Shown one piece after another: positions 46,781 to 58,457 of a stretch of 64,000 bases of DNA (positions are counted from its first letter, which is position 1; each line of letters starts with the position of its first letter). The DNA is taken from the NCBI RefSeq assembly GCF_045037415.1, contig NZ_CP173438.1, one strand, 5' to 3'. The translations under genes were made by a program, and so were the position numbers. The notes under the pieces were generated by a model. That model saw only the letters and a list, made by a program, of their open reading frames with translations. It had not been told where the DNA came from and did not search any database. The stretch comes from Escherichia coli. GTDB lineage: Bacteria > Pseudomonadota > Gammaproteobacteria > Enterobacterales > Enterobacteriaceae.

Positions 46781-48181
46781 ATGGACCAGAAGCTGTTAAC
46801 GGATTTCCGCTCAGAACTACTCGATTCACGTTTTGGTGCAAAGGCCATTTCTACTATCGCGGAGTCAAAACGATTTCCGCTGCACGAAATGCGCGATGAT
46901 GTTGCATTTCAGATTATCAATGATGAATTATATCTTGATGGCAACGCTCGTCAGAACCTGGCCACTTTCTGCCAGACCTGGGACGACGAAAACGTCCATA
47001 AATTGATGGATTTGTCGATCAATAAAAACTGGATCGACAAAGAAGAATATCCGCAATCTGCAGCAATCGACCTGCGTTGCGTAAACATGGTTGCCGATCT
47101 GTGGCATGCGCCTGCACCGAAAAATGGTCAGGCCGTTGGCACCAACACCATTGGCTCTTCCGAGGCCTGTATGCTCGGCGGGATGGCGATGAAATGGCGT
47201 TGGCGCAAGCGTATGGAAGCCGCAGGCAAACCCACGGATAAACCAAACCTGGTGTGCGGTCCGGTACAAATCTGCTGGCATAAATTCGCCCGCTACTGGG
47301 ATGTGGAGTTGCGTGAGATCCCTATGCGCCCCGGTCAGTTGTTTATGGACCCGAAACGCATGATTGAAGCCTGCGACGAAAACACCATCGGCGTGGTGCC
47401 GACTTTCGGCGTGACCTACACCGGTAACTATGAGTTCCCGCAGCCGCTGCACGATGCGCTGGATAAATTCCAGGCCGACACCGGTATCGACATCGACATG
47501 CACATCGACGCCGCCAGCGGTGGCTTCCTGGCACCGTTCGTCGCCCCGGATATCGTCTGGGACTTCCGCCTGCCGCGTGTGAAATCGATCAGTGCTTCAG
47601 GCCATAAATTCGGTCTGGCTCCGCTGGGCTGCGGCTGGGTTATCTGGCGTGATGAAGAAGCGCTGCCGCAGGAACTGGTGTTCAACGTTGACTACCTCGG
47701 CGGTCAGATTGGTACTTTCGCCATCAACTTCTCCCGCCCGGCGGGTCAGGTGATTGCACAGTACTATGAATTCCTGCGCCTCGGTCGTGAAGGCTATACC
47801 AAAGTACAGAACGCTTCCTACCAGGTTGCCGCTTATCTGGCGGATGAAATCGCCAAACTGGGGCCGTATGAGTTCATCTGTACCGGTCGCCCGGACGAAG
47901 GCATCCCGGCGGTTTGCTTCAAACTGAAAGATGGTGAAGATCCAGGATACACCCTGTACGACCTCTCTGAACGTCTGCGTCTGCGCGGCTGGCAGGTTCC
48001 GGCCTTCACTCTCGGCGGTGAAGCCACCGACATCGTGGTGATGCGCATTATGTGTCGTCGCGGCTTCGAAATGGACTTTGCTGAACTGTTGCTGGAAGAC
48101 TACAAAGCCTCCCTGAAATATCTCAGCGACCACCCGAAACTGCAGGGTATTGCCCAGCAGAACAGCTTTAAACACACCTGA
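46781..48181 (+). CDS. gadA: Glutamate decarboxylase alpha
   Basis: ORF 46718..48181 trimmed to ATG at 46781 ([40 protein letters not shown]...), 466 aa, preceded by AAGGAG. Called gadA rather than gadB from the gadX/gadW context. Confidence 0.95.
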   Translation: MDQKLLTDFRSELLDSRFGAKAISTIAESKRFPLHEMRDDVAFQIINDELYLDGNARQNLATFCQTWDDENVHKLMDLSINKNWIDKEEYPQSAAIDLRCVNMVADLWHAPAPKNGQAVGTNTIGSSEACMLGGMAMKWRWRKRMEAAGKPTDKPNLVCGPVQICWHKFARYWDVELREIPMRPGQLFMDPKRMIEACDENTIGVVPTFGVTYTGNYEFPQPLHDALDKFQADTGIDIDMHIDAASGGFLAPFVAPDIVWDFRLPRVKSISASGHKFGLAPLGCGWVIWRDEEALPQELVFNVDYLGGQIGTFAINFSRPAGQVIAQYYEFLRLGREGYTKVQNASYQVAAYLADEIAKLGPYEFICTGRPDEGIPAVCFKLKDGEDPGYTLYDLSERLRLRGWQVPAFTLGGEATDIVVMRIMCRRGFEMDFAELLLEDYKASLKYLSDHPKLQGIAQQNSFKHT

Positions 48182-48199
48182 TAACATCACGTTGTAAAA

Positions 48200-48245
48200 A
48201 CCGAATGCCCAACCTTTAAAAACAGGTGGGTATTCGGCTACTTAT
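48200..48245 (+). terminator. Rho-independent terminator downstream of gadA
   Basis: CCGAATGCCCA...TGGGTATTCGG inverted repeat followed by a T-containing tract. Confidence 0.45.
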
Positions 48246-48548
48246 TAATTGCAATAATATATTACCTGTCTATTCATCGTGTTGATAAGATATATGTTAT
48301 ATGAATGTTATGGAGCATAGCGATACTGCTTAATATTACGATGATGAATTATTTGCTTACTATTAATTCCTCTGCGTTCTTAAGTCCCCTTTTTATATAA
48401 TAAATCCAGTCATCCAGCCCGAGTATCATCGCTCATTATCATCCTGTTTTCCCGCTTCGTTTAAATTTATTTATCAATCAATTTGACTTAAGAGGGCGGC
48501 GTGCTACATTAATAAACAGTAATATGTTTATGTAATATTAAGTCAACT

Positions 48549-49373
48549 ATGCAACCACTACATGGTAATTGTCTAATTGCGTACGCAAGACATAAATATA
48601 TTCTCACCATGGTTAATGGTGAATATCGCTATTTTAATGGCGGTGATCTGGTTTTTGCGGATGCAAGCCAAATTCAAGTAGATAAGTGTGTTGAGAATTT
48701 CGTATTAGTTTCAAGAGACACGCTTTCATTATTTCTCCCGATGCTCAAGGAGGAGGCATTAAAACTTCATGTACATAAAAAAGTTCCTTCATTACTCGTT
48801 CATCACTGTACCAGAGATATTCCTGTTTTTCAGGAAGTTGCGCAACTATCGCAGAATAAGAATCTTCGCTATGCAGAAATGCTACGTAAAAGGGCATTAA
48901 TCTTTGCGTTGTTATCTGTTTTTCTTGAGGATACGCAGTTTATACCGTTACTTCTGAACGTGTTGCAACCGAATATGCGAACACGAGTTTGTACGGTCAT
49001 CAATAATAATATCGCCCATGAGTGGACATTAGCCCGAATTGCTAGCGAATTGTTGATGAGTCCAAGCCTGTTAAAGAAAAAATTGCGCGAAGAAGGTACG
49101 TCATATTCACAGTTGCTTACTGAGTGTAGGATGCAGCGTGCTTTACAACTTATTGTTATATATGGGGTTTCAATTAAGCGAGTTGCAGTATCCTGTGGAT
49201 ATCACAGCGTGTCGTATTTCATTTACGTTTTTCGAAATTATTATGGGATGACGCCCACAGAGTATCAGGAGCGATCGGCGCAGGAATTACCGAACTGTGG
49301 CTCGGCGGCAAGTATGGCTGCGCAAGGGATTTTTTACGGCACTGACCGTTCTGCGGAAGGAATAAGATTATAG
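48549..49373 (+). CDS. gadX: AraC-family acid resistance regulator GadX
   Basis: 274 aa (MQPLHGNCLIAYARHKYILTMVNGEYRYFNGGDLVFADASQIQ...), C-terminal AraC HTH. Confidence 0.95.
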   Translation: MQPLHGNCLIAYARHKYILTMVNGEYRYFNGGDLVFADASQIQVDKCVENFVLVSRDTLSLFLPMLKEEALKLHVHKKVPSLLVHHCTRDIPVFQEVAQLSQNKNLRYAEMLRKRALIFALLSVFLEDTQFIPLLLNVLQPNMRTRVCTVINNNIAHEWTLARIASELLMSPSLLKKKLREEGTSYSQLLTECRMQRALQLIVIYGVSIKRVAVSCGYHSVSYFIYVFRNYYGMTPTEYQERSAQELPNCGSAASMAAQGIFYGTDRSAEGIRL

Positions 49374-49389
49374 AGTTTTACTCAGACAT

Positions 49390-49495
49390 AAAAAAAACCC
49401 GGCATAGGGGACCGGGAAGAGGATAGTCTGCCGTCTCCAGACTAATAAACCGTTATAACACTCCCTGTTGGCACGGGAAACTTTGTGCTCTCAGT
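49390..49495 (-). ncRNA. gadY: GadY small RNA (antisense to gadX 3' UTR)
   Basis: Minus-strand sequence ACTGAGAGCACAAAGTTTCCCGTGCCAACAGGGAGTGTTATAACGGTTTATTAGTCTGGAGACGGCAGACTATCCTCTTCCCGGTCCCCTATGCCGGGTTTTTTTT matches GadY as I recall it, ending in a GC hairpin plus U-run. Confidence 0.8.
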
Positions 49496-49741
49496 AAGTT
49501 AAATATAACTTTTACTGGAAATAAGATCAGCCATTTTTTTATAAACATAAGCTATACGCTGTGTGAAAATATAATCGTGTTGCATTTACTTATTATCAAT
49601 TAACTGTTATGCAAAACTACTTTGTGGATAAAATTTGGTCCTACCAAATATGGCAGTTTTTGCACACAGAAACAGTCTGGCGTCATTTCATTAGTATACT
49701 GACATTGAAATAATCGCAGTAATGAAATATAAGGGATAGTC

Positions 49742-50470
49742 ATGGCTCATGTCTGCTCGGTGATCCTCGTTCGTCGTTCATTCGATATTCATCATGAACA
49801 GCAAAAAATATCGTTGCATAACGAGAGTATCCTGCTGCTGGATAAAAATTTGGCAGACGATTTTGCGTTTTGTTCACTGGATACGCGACGGCTGGATATC
49901 GAAGAGCTGACAGTTTGCCATTACTTACAAAATATTCGTCAGTTGCCACGCAATTTAGGATTGCATAGCAAAGACCGTTTGTTAATTAACCAGTCACCCC
50001 CCATACAGCTGGTGACGGCGATTTTTGATAGTTTCAATGACCCCCGGGTCAATTCGCCGATACTGAGCAAAATGCTCTATCTTTCCTGTTTATCAATGTT
50101 TTCTCATAAGAAAGAACTGATCCCCTTACTTTTCAATAGTATCAGTACTGTTTCAGGAAAAGTTGAACGCCTTATTAGCTTTGATATCGCTAAACGTTGG
50201 TATCTACGCGATATCGCAGAAAGAATGTACACCAGCGAGAGTCTCATCAAAAAAAAGTTGCAGGATGAAAATACCTGTTTCAGTAAAATATTACTCGCCT
50301 CCAGGATGTCGATGGCCAGACGATTACTCGAGTTACGTCAAATACCTCTGCATACTATTGCGGAAAAATGTGGCTATAGCAGTACGTCATACTTTATAAA
50401 TACATTTAGACAATATTATGGTGTAACGCCACATCAGTTTTCGCAACATTCGCCGGGTACCTTTTCCTGA
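49742..50470 (+). CDS. gadW: AraC-family acid resistance regulator GadW
   Basis: 242 aa (MAHVCSVILVRRSFDIHHEQQKISLHNESILLLDKN...), C-terminal AraC HTH. Confidence 0.95.
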   Translation: MAHVCSVILVRRSFDIHHEQQKISLHNESILLLDKNLADDFAFCSLDTRRLDIEELTVCHYLQNIRQLPRNLGLHSKDRLLINQSPPIQLVTAIFDSFNDPRVNSPILSKMLYLSCLSMFSHKKELIPLLFNSISTVSGKVERLISFDIAKRWYLRDIAERMYTSESLIKKKLQDENTCFSKILLASRMSMARRLLELRQIPLHTIAEKCGYSSTSYFINTFRQYYGVTPHQFSQHSPGTFS

Positions 50471-50832
50471 CATATTTCGCATTTGAATATTGGTCAGGAT
50501 CTCACGTCTGCTTCATGTGAAACTCTTTCCTGATGATTTCTGCCGGGCTACCGGCTAGTTCTCTTTCGCAGTTTGCCAGGCGGTATAGGTATTTTCAGGA
50601 GGAAAAGACTCGGCATGTTTGGGATTATTAAGCTAACAATTCATACGATTACGGGAATGTGGGTCAGTATTGTGCTGTTCAAATTGATGACGAATGGCTG
50701 GAGTGGTTTCTACTTTCAGTGCTGTGTACTAAGCCTGGTATTCCTGACGGTTAGCTGGTTGTTGAGTGGTGAATGGTTAGCAGGAAAGAGTAAGGCTGAA
50801 CCCTCACGTTCAACCTTACTCTCATTTACACG

Positions 50833-53800
50833 TTACGCTTTTTTAAAGCGGGCAAAGAGATGTTCCACTACAACGAAAAAGACCGGAACGAAGTAAATTG
50901 CCAGCACTGTTGCGGCAAACATCCCGCCCATTACGCCGGTACCTACCGCGTTTTGCGCGCCAGAGCCGGCACCATGACTGATAACCAGCGGCAGCACGCC
51001 GAGAATAAAGGCCAGAGAAGTCATCAGGATTGGGCGTAAACGCATACGCGCTGCTTCGATGATTGCCTCTACCGGTGTTTTCCCTTCTTTCTGCATCATC
51101 TCAACGGCAAATTCGACAATCAGGATGGCGTTCTTGGCGGAAAGCCCGATGGTGGTCAGCAAACCAACCTGGAAGTAAACGTCATTACTTAAGCCGCGCA
51201 GATCGGTGGCCAGTAATGCGCCAACGACGCCTAACGGAACAACCAACATCACCGAGAACGGAATTGACCAGCTTTCATAAAGTGCGGCGAGGGCGAGGAA
51301 CACCACGACCAGTGAAATGGCATATAGCGCGGGAGCCTGATTTGAGGATAACGCTTCCTGATACGACAGTCCGGTCCATGAGTAGCCGACGCCTGCCGGA
51401 AGTTTTGCGACCAGGTCTGCCATAAATTTCATGGCGTCACCGGTACTTTTCCCGGCAGCCGCTTCACCTAAAATCTCCATTGACGGGATGCCGTTGTAGC
51501 GTTCCAGTCGCGGTGAACCATAGGTCCATTCGGTAGACGAATAGGCAGAAAGCGGTGCCATCGTGCCAGAGGCGTTGCGTACATACCATTGGTTGATGTT
51601 ATCCGGCAACATACGGAACGGCGTGCCTGCCTGGACATACACTTTTTTCACCCGCCCCTGGTTGAGGAAGTCGTTCACGTAGCTGCTGCCGAAGGCGGTG
51701 GAAATTGTCTGGTTGATATCAGACAGCGCCACACCCATAGCCTCGGCTTTCGCAGCGTTGACGTTCACTTTGAACATCGGCGTATCTTCCAGGCCGTTCG
51801 GGCGTACCCCGATGACCTGATTCGGTGATTGCGCTGCCAGTGATAACAGCTCGTTTCGCGCCTGGGTCAGTTTTTCGTGCCCCAGATTGCCGTTGTCCAG
51901 CAGTTCCATATCAAAACCTGACGCGGTACCCAGTTCAGCCACCGCGGGTAAGTTGAACGGGAAGACGACGGCTTTATTGATACTGCTTAGCGCAATCATT
52001 GCCCGCTGAATAATCGCGGTAACCGAGTTTTCCTCGCCGACACGTTCAGACCACGGCTTGAGGCTGATAAACGCCAGACCGTTGTTTTGCCCCTGACCAC
52101 TGAAGCCAAAGCCACCAACGGTAAACACCGACTGAACATTATTTTTCTCTTTTGTCAGATAATAATCCGTCACCTGTTGTAGCACTTTCGTGGTGTTAAC
52201 CATGGTTGCACCGGAAGGTAACTGCGCGGTGGTCATAAATACCCCCTGATCCTCTTCTGGTAAGAAAGAGGTCGGCGTACGCAGGAACAGCACCGCCATC
52301 CCGGCGCAAATCAGTAGGTAGACCACCATGTAGCGACCGGTACAACGCAACAGCGAGCGGGTGCTGTCGGTATAGTGCTGAGTTGATTTTTCAAACAGCG
52401 TGTTGAAGCGTGCGAACAGGGCGTTAGGTTTGTGACCGCCCTCCGGCGCGGCTTTCAGAATGGTGGCGCACAGGGCAGGGGTCAGGCTCATTGCTACAAA
52501 TACTGAAAGCAGCATGGAGGAGATCAGCGTGATGGAGAACTGGCGGTAGATCTCCCCGGTCGCACCGCTCATAAAGGCCATCGGCATAAACACTGCGGAA
52601 AGAACAACGGCAATCCCGACCAGCGCACGTTGGATCTGCCCCATCGATTTATGCGTCGCTTCCTTCGGCGGTAGCTTATCTTCCGCAATGACACGCTCGA
52701 CGTTCTCCACCACCACGATGGCGTCATCCACCAGTAACCCTATCGCCAGCACCATCCCGAACATAGTTAACGTGTTGATGGTGAAACCAACTGCCGACAA
52801 GATCGCAAACGTCCCGAGAATAACCACCGGTACGGCAATCGTCGGGATGATTGTGGCGCGGAAATTCTGCAAAAACAGATACATGACCAGGAAGACGAGG
52901 ATGATAGCCTCAACCAGCGTTTTGAAAACTTCCTGAATAGAAATTTTGATAAACGGTGTGGTGTCGTAAGGATAAACCGTCTTCAGGCTTGCAGGGAAAT
53001 AAGCCGATAAACGGTTCAGCTCCTCTTTCACCGCTCGCGAGGTATCCAGGGCGTTTGCTCCGGTAGCCAGTTTGATGGCGATCCCGGCGGCAGGTTTGCC
53101 GTTATAGCGCGCCACGGTGGAATAATCTTCCGCCCCAAGTTCGACGCGGGCGACATCACGCAGCAGCACTTGCGAACCATCTTGCTGAACTTTCAACAGG
53201 ATTTTGCCAAATTCTTCCGGCGTTTGCAGACGCGTCTGCACAATGATCGAGGCGTTCAGTTGCTGGTCTGCCGCCTGTGGCATGCCACCCAGTTGACCAC
53301 CAGAAATCTGGTTGTTTTGCACCTTAATCTGGGAAATAACATCGGAAGGTACCAGGTTATATTTATTGAGTTTTTGCGGGTCCAGCCAGATACGCATGGC
53401 GTACTCGGAACCAAAGAGCTGTACGCTACCAACGCCCGCGGTACGGCTTAGCGGGTCTTTGATATTAGACGCTACATAGTCCGCGATATCGTACTGGTTG
53501 AGGCTGCCGTTATCAGAAATAAATGCCGCTACCATCAGGATATTACTGCTCGACTTATCGACGCTAATCCCCTGCTGCTGCACCGCTTCAGGTAATGAAG
53601 GCATAGCGAGTTGCAGTTTATTTTGCACCTGAACCTGTGCGATATCAGGCGATGTCCCCGTCTCGAAGGTCAGAGTGATGGAGGCATTACCTGCCGCATC
53701 GCTGGTTGAAGACATGTACATCAGGCCATCAAGCCCATTCATATTTTGCTCAATCACCTGAGTGACCGAGTCTTCTACCGTTTGCGCATCGGCACCCGGA

Positions 53801-53946
53801 TAGGTTGCGCTGACGGTAATGGTCGGTGGCGCAATCTGCGGATACTGCGCAACCGGTAAGTTCATGATCGCCAGACCGCCTGCAAGCATCATAATAATGG
53901 CAAGTACCCAGGCAAAAACCGGGCGATCAATAAAATAGTTAGCCAT
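50833..53946 (-). CDS. mdtF: RND multidrug efflux pump inner-membrane transporter MdtF
   Basis: 1037 aa AcrB-like RND transporter ([41 protein letters not shown]...). Confidence 0.95.
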   Translation of the reverse strand: MANYFIDRPVFAWVLAIIMMLAGGLAIMNLPVAQYPQIAPPTITVSATYPGADAQTVEDSVTQVIEQNMNGLDGLMYMSSTSDAAGNASITLTFETGTSPDIAQVQVQNKLQLAMPSLPEAVQQQGISVDKSSSNILMVAAFISDNGSLNQYDIADYVASNIKDPLSRTAGVGSVQLFGSEYAMRIWLDPQKLNKYNLVPSDVISQIKVQNNQISGGQLGGMPQAADQQLNASIIVQTRLQTPEEFGKILLKVQQDGSQVLLRDVARVELGAEDYSTVARYNGKPAAGIAIKLATGANALDTSRAVKEELNRLSAYFPASLKTVYPYDTTPFIKISIQEVFKTLVEAIILVFLVMYLFLQNFRATIIPTIAVPVVILGTFAILSAVGFTINTLTMFGMVLAIGLLVDDAIVVVENVERVIAEDKLPPKEATHKSMGQIQRALVGIAVVLSAVFMPMAFMSGATGEIYRQFSITLISSMLLSVFVAMSLTPALCATILKAAPEGGHKPNALFARFNTLFEKSTQHYTDSTRSLLRCTGRYMVVYLLICAGMAVLFLRTPTSFLPEEDQGVFMTTAQLPSGATMVNTTKVLQQVTDYYLTKEKNNVQSVFTVGGFGFSGQGQNNGLAFISLKPWSERVGEENSVTAIIQRAMIALSSINKAVVFPFNLPAVAELGTASGFDMELLDNGNLGHEKLTQARNELLSLAAQSPNQVIGVRPNGLEDTPMFKVNVNAAKAEAMGVALSDINQTISTAFGSSYVNDFLNQGRVKKVYVQAGTPFRMLPDNINQWYVRNASGTMAPLSAYSSTEWTYGSPRLERYNGIPSMEILGEAAAGKSTGDAMKFMADLVAKLPAGVGYSWTGLSYQEALSSNQAPALYAISLVVVFLALAALYESWSIPFSVMLVVPLGVVGALLATDLRGLSNDVYFQVGLLTTIGLSAKNAILIVEFAVEMMQKEGKTPVEAIIEAARMRLRPILMTSLAFILGVLPLVISHGAGSGAQNAVGTGVMGGMFAATVLAIYFVPVFFVVVEHLFARFKKA

Positions 53947-53970
53947 GAAAGTCCCCTTAAGCCTGCAACG

Positions 53971-55128
53971 TTATTGTTTCGATTCGGTGCTGGCGTTTTC
54001 CTGGCTGGAGGAAATTGCTCGTGCTTTGATACCCGGACGAATGCGTTGCAAGCCGGAAACGATCACCCGATCGCCAGCCTGCAAGCCAGAGGTGACAACC
54101 CACTGGTCGCCGATGGCTTTGCTGGCTTCGATTTCGCGTAGCTGCACGACATCGTCTTTATCCAGAATGAGTGCCGTTGCTTTACCCTGGGCGTTGTGGG
54201 TGACGCCTTCCTGCGGCACCAGTAATACATTCTGGCGGCTACCTTCATCCACTAATGCCGTAACATACATGCCAGGCAGCAAGTCACCATTTGGGTTGGG
54301 GAAAATCGCCCGTAACGTCACGGAGCCCGTGGTTTCATCCACCGTCGGGTCGGAGAATTTCAGCGTGCCGGTCTGGCCGTAACGTTTACCATTTTCCAGA
54401 TTGAGCTGTACTGGCGTACTGCCCTGAACCTGTTTGATTTGCCCACTGGCGACCTCTTCTTTCATGCGCAAGAAATCCTGCACCGACTGCGTGAGATCGA
54501 CATAAATCGGGTCCAGACGTTGTACGGTAACCAGCGAATCTGCCTGATTAGCGGTAACGAGTGCGCCGACGGTCACCGACGATTTCCCGCTGACGCCCGT
54601 AATCGGCGAGGTGACATTCGCGTATTGCAGATTGATCGTCGCCTGTTCAACAGCCGCTTTGGCGACGGTGACATTGGCTTCTGCTTCATTCAACTGGGTG
54701 CGCGCGGTGTCGTAATCCTGACGGCTAACATAGTTGGTCTTCAGCAACGATGCCTGGCGGTTAAAGGTGATGCGGGCATTGCTGGCGGTAGAGAGCGCTT
54801 TCGCCAGCGAGCCTTTGGCGGAGTTCAGCTCTGCCTGTAAAGGCGCAGGATCAATCTGATACAGCGAATCGCCCTGGTTCACTTTATCGCCTTCGATAAA
54901 GTTGCGTTTAATGATAATTCCGCCCACCTGGGGACGTATCTCGGCAACTTCATAAGGAACGGTTCTACCGGGCAATTCGCTCAACACATTGACCGAACCG
55001 GGGGAGAGTGTGACGACACCGACCTCAGGCGTCATGGCGGCGGCGTTTTCCGCCGATTTGTCATCGCAGGCGGTGAGCATCGCGCCGCAGAATAACAACG
55101 GTATTAACAGTTTTCTTCTTCTGTTCAT
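53971..55128 (-). CDS. mdtE: RND efflux membrane fusion protein MdtE
   Basis: 385 aa with lipoprotein signal (MNRRRKLLIPLLFCGAMLTAC), AcrA-like. Confidence 0.95.
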   Translation of the reverse strand: MNRRRKLLIPLLFCGAMLTACDDKSAENAAAMTPEVGVVTLSPGSVNVLSELPGRTVPYEVAEIRPQVGGIIIKRNFIEGDKVNQGDSLYQIDPAPLQAELNSAKGSLAKALSTASNARITFNRQASLLKTNYVSRQDYDTARTQLNEAEANVTVAKAAVEQATINLQYANVTSPITGVSGKSSVTVGALVTANQADSLVTVQRLDPIYVDLTQSVQDFLRMKEEVASGQIKQVQGSTPVQLNLENGKRYGQTGTLKFSDPTVDETTGSVTLRAIFPNPNGDLLPGMYVTALVDEGSRQNVLLVPQEGVTHNAQGKATALILDKDDVVQLREIEASKAIGDQWVVTSGLQAGDRVIVSGLQRIRPGIKARAISSSQENASTESKQ

Positions 55129-55466
55129 TTTAGTCCCTGAAAATTCTTGAGAAATAACGGTTCTTTAAATTGCGCGCGAGGAGAGATATGAGGGATTTAC
55201 AGACCAGCGGCATAGTGGGGTTGTCAGCCAGTAAGATGGGATGCAAGCACAGTGATCGACATGGTGAGGTCAACGACAAAAAAAATGTTGCCGTTCTGCC
55301 AACAGTTTCTGCCAGCATTCGGGCAACGAAGGGTTCTACTGGTGGATACACATACCAGGGGAATAAAGTCGTTTTCGTCTCTCCTTCAATAATCACCGGG
55401 GGTATTGAAATCAGCATCTGCATCCCTCGTCATGCCAGCCATCAATTTCAGTTGCTTATGTCCTTA

Positions 55467-55994
55467 CTAAAAATAAGATGTGATACCCAGGGTGACGATG
55501 TCGCTCATACGTCTTAATTTCAGCTTGTACATAATGTTGAATTTCTGAATCTTTAATGTTTGTTGCGAAATGTTGAGCGTTGACGTGATATTGCTTTCAT
55601 TTTTGTTTTTCAGAATCAGTTGCATAATTTTGAACTGATTATGTGAAAAACATAGTTGTGAATTCTTATGGGGCAAGTGTTTACCATAAGTAATCTCAAG
55701 AAGATTTTTGATACTTTCTTTACGGCTGACAAAATAAATAGGCGCTTTAGCTTTTAGTTTACTGATGTGATAAGGTGCCAAAACAATAATTCTCTCGGCA
55801 TCTAATTTCTCCAGGAATTTAATCGCTTCTTCATCAAGGATATGGTTGTGATAGGTGTCAATGATCACCTTGAAGGGTTTATTGCCTACTTTTTTGATCT
55901 CTGACAGGGAATTGATTTTTATCATTTCGTGATTATCTTTCAACTGCCAAAAGCCCTGTAAAAGAAAAGAATCTTTCGTCATGAGAAAAATCAT
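55467..55994 (-). CDS. gadE: LuxR-family acid resistance master regulator GadE
   Basis: ORF 55467..56072 trimmed to ATG at 55994 (MIFLMTKDSFLLQGFWQLKDNHEMIKINSLSEIKK...), 175 aa. Confidence 0.9.
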   Translation of the reverse strand: MIFLMTKDSFLLQGFWQLKDNHEMIKINSLSEIKKVGNKPFKVIIDTYHNHILDEEAIKFLEKLDAERIIVLAPYHISKLKAKAPIYFVSRKESIKNLLEITYGKHLPHKNSQLCFSHNQFKIMQLILKNKNESNITSTLNISQQTLKIQKFNIMYKLKLRRMSDIVTLGITSYF

Positions 55995-56792
55995 AACTTG
56001 CTCCTTAGCCGTTATCGTTTCGAACATGTCATCCTTTTCATTATTTACATCCTTGTCCGAATCGTTGTTCAATATAGTAAACGCCTATAAGAACTTTGCC
56101 CTTCGTGAACTAATACGTCTATTAACACTAATCAATACTTCAGATTTATCCATCACGCACTCCATATATTGGTCCTAAGTAAGATTCCTGGTTGTTATCA
56201 GTTTGTAACTAGTAAACAAAAGGTTAACTTTTGCGGATTACTGCCCAAGAATAAGTTATCAATAACCAGTTTGTGATCTCTGAAGAATATTACTAAAGTT
56301 AAAATGTAATCCGATTTAAATATCGAGTCTCCTTGTTTCGACTTAGGCTGGCAATTGGATTGCCAGCTTTCTTTTAACGCATTGAAATTACCTGATTAAA
56401 TAACTCATTCATGTCTTCAGGTTTTTATATAGCGTCTGGAGACACGGATATTTATGCAATGTAATCAACGCCAGTTGCAAAAAAATGAACCCGGATTACT
56501 TATTTAACCGCCCATAGCATCAACGCTTACGGAACTCTTTGTTCACTTTCCCACAGCACTTTTAAAACATTAAACCTGACCACGGAAAATATCAGCCATG
56601 ATAATGTTTGAAATGGCTAATTTGCCATGGAACGAAAAAAATCAGATTAAATTCAGTAGGTTGAAATAATCAACAGCAGGCAATTGTTTCAATGATAGTG
56701 CGTAATTGAACTGAAACACTGTATAGCTAAGAGAGTATTAACTGGATCATAGTCACTTAATGTGACTATGATCCAGGTGGAAATAGGGATAA

Positions 56793-57365
56793 TTATTGCT
56801 TTTTAACGAACAAACTGGCGAAGCTGAACAGACTGGCGGCGCTAAATATCAGTTCAATTCCCACCAGTGTGGAAACCAGCGTTACCGACACCATCGGCGT
56901 AGCACCAAGGAATATCCAGGCAATGACGATATCCAGCACACCAATAACGAGCTGTAGCCAACTGCCTTTCATTGAACGCTGACGATACCAACTCATCAGG
57001 CGAATAACCCCTGCCACACAGAACAAACCGGCAATAAATGCCGCAATGGCAAAAATGCCCAGCTCTGGTGCGCGGATGAAGAAATAGCCGATCAATAAAT
57101 AGGCGACTGCGACGAGGAAACCGGATAATACCGGCCAGAAATTATGACTGCGGTTGCTGAATAGCCCGACAATAAGCGCAATGCCCGAGCAGATTAATAA
57201 TGCACCCACTACTGTGCTTAAAATGTCGCCAGAGACGAACGGAAAACTGATACACAGCAACCCGACGATAAACAGCAGCACGGCAATAAACTGGATTGCT
57301 CTGCGATGTTTTTTAAGCATCTCCAGATCAAACTTCAAAATTGTTGCCTTATCTATATATAACAT
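56793..57365 (-). CDS. hdeD: Acid resistance membrane protein HdeD
   Basis: 190 aa multi-TM (MLYIDKATILKFDLEMLKKHRRAIQFIAVLLFIVGL...). Confidence 0.9.
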   Translation of the reverse strand: MLYIDKATILKFDLEMLKKHRRAIQFIAVLLFIVGLLCISFPFVSGDILSTVVGALLICSGIALIVGLFSNRSHNFWPVLSGFLVAVAYLLIGYFFIRAPELGIFAIAAFIAGLFCVAGVIRLMSWYRQRSMKGSWLQLVIGVLDIVIAWIFLGATPMVSVTLVSTLVGIELIFSAASLFSFASLFVKKQ

Positions 57366-57619
57366 AGAACCACCCTATAAAATTAAGAAGAAAATCCCCT
57401 GCTATCAATCTATGCCAAAAACGCGTCTAAGAATGCAGTCGATTTAATAAAAATTTCCTAATTACAGTATCTGATGCATCTGTAACTCATTGTATTGAAA
57501 TAAAAATATCTGATTTTGATATTTTCCATCAACATGACATATACAGAAAACCAGGTTATAACCTCAGTGTCGAAATTGATTCGTGACGGCTCTTTCACTT
57601 TATAGTTGAGGATATTACG

Positions 57620-57952
57620 ATGAAAAAAGTATTAGGCGTTATTCTTGGTGGTCTGCTTCTTCTGCCAGTAGTGAGCAATGCAGCGGATGCACAAAAAGCA
57701 GCTGATAACAAAAAACCGGTCAACTCCTGGACCTGTGAAGATTTCCTGGCTGTGGACGAATCCTTCCAGCCAACTGCAGTTGGTTTTGCTGAAGCACTGA
57801 ACAACAAAGATAAACCAGAAGATGCGGTTTTAGATGTTCAGGGTATTGCAACCGTAACCCCAGCTATCGTTCAGGCTTGTACTCAGGATAAAAAAGCCAG
57901 CTTTAAAGATAAAGTTAAAGGCGAATGGGACAAAATTAAGAAAGATATGTAA
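57620..57952 (+). CDS. hdeA: Periplasmic acid stress chaperone HdeA
   Basis: 110 aa with signal peptide (MKKVLGVILGGLLLLPVVSNAADAQKAADNKKPVNSWTCEDFLAV...). Confidence 0.95.
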   Translation: MKKVLGVILGGLLLLPVVSNAADAQKAADNKKPVNSWTCEDFLAVDESFQPTAVGFAEALNNKDKPEDAVLDVQGIATVTPAIVQACTQDKKASFKDKVKGEWDKIKKDM

Positions 57953-58067
57953 TTCCGGGAATGCGTTACATCGTATTTCCTTGCATATTGAACAGGCCGG
58001 AATATCTTCTTTAAAAGCAGCTATTCCTCCTGTTTGTATATAATCTCTATATTGAATGGGTTACAAA

Positions 58068-58394
58068 ATGAACATTTCATCTCTCCGTAAAGCGTTTATT
58101 TTTATGGGCGCTGTAGCGGCTTTGTCACTGGTGAACGCACAATCTGCGCTGGCAGCCAATGAATCCGCTAAAGATATGACCTGCCAGGAATTTATTGATC
58201 TGAATCCAAAAGCAATGACACCAGTTGCGTGGTGGATGCTGCATGAAGAAACAGTATATAAAGGTGGCGATACCGTTACTTTAAATGAAACCGATCTCAC
58301 TCAAATTCCTAAAGTGATCGAATACTGCAAGAAAAACCCGCAGAAAAATTTGTATACCTTCAAAAATCAAGCATCTAATGACTTGCCGAATTAA
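58068..58394 (+). CDS. hdeB: Periplasmic acid stress chaperone HdeB
   Basis: ORF 58056..58394 trimmed to ATG at 58068 (MNISSLRKAFIFMGAVAALSLVNAQSALA...), 108 aa. Confidence 0.9.
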   Translation: MNISSLRKAFIFMGAVAALSLVNAQSALAANESAKDMTCQEFIDLNPKAMTPVAWWMLHEETVYKGGDTVTLNETDLTQIPKVIEYCKKNPQKNLYTFKNQASNDLPN

Positions 58395-58457
58395 TGAGGT
58401 ACAAGTAAAAAGGAGTAGCAAGTTGAGCCATCTTGCTGCTCCTTTTTGCATTTTTAT

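Noticed and set aside
55130-55423. 97-aa ORF filling the gadE-mdtE intergenic region (minus strand), plus overlapping plus-strand ORF 55170..55517
   Set aside because: The ATG is directly adjacent to a GAGGG with no spacer, there is no recognisable domain, and this region is the known gadE-mdtEF intergenic/promoter region; likely fortuitous.
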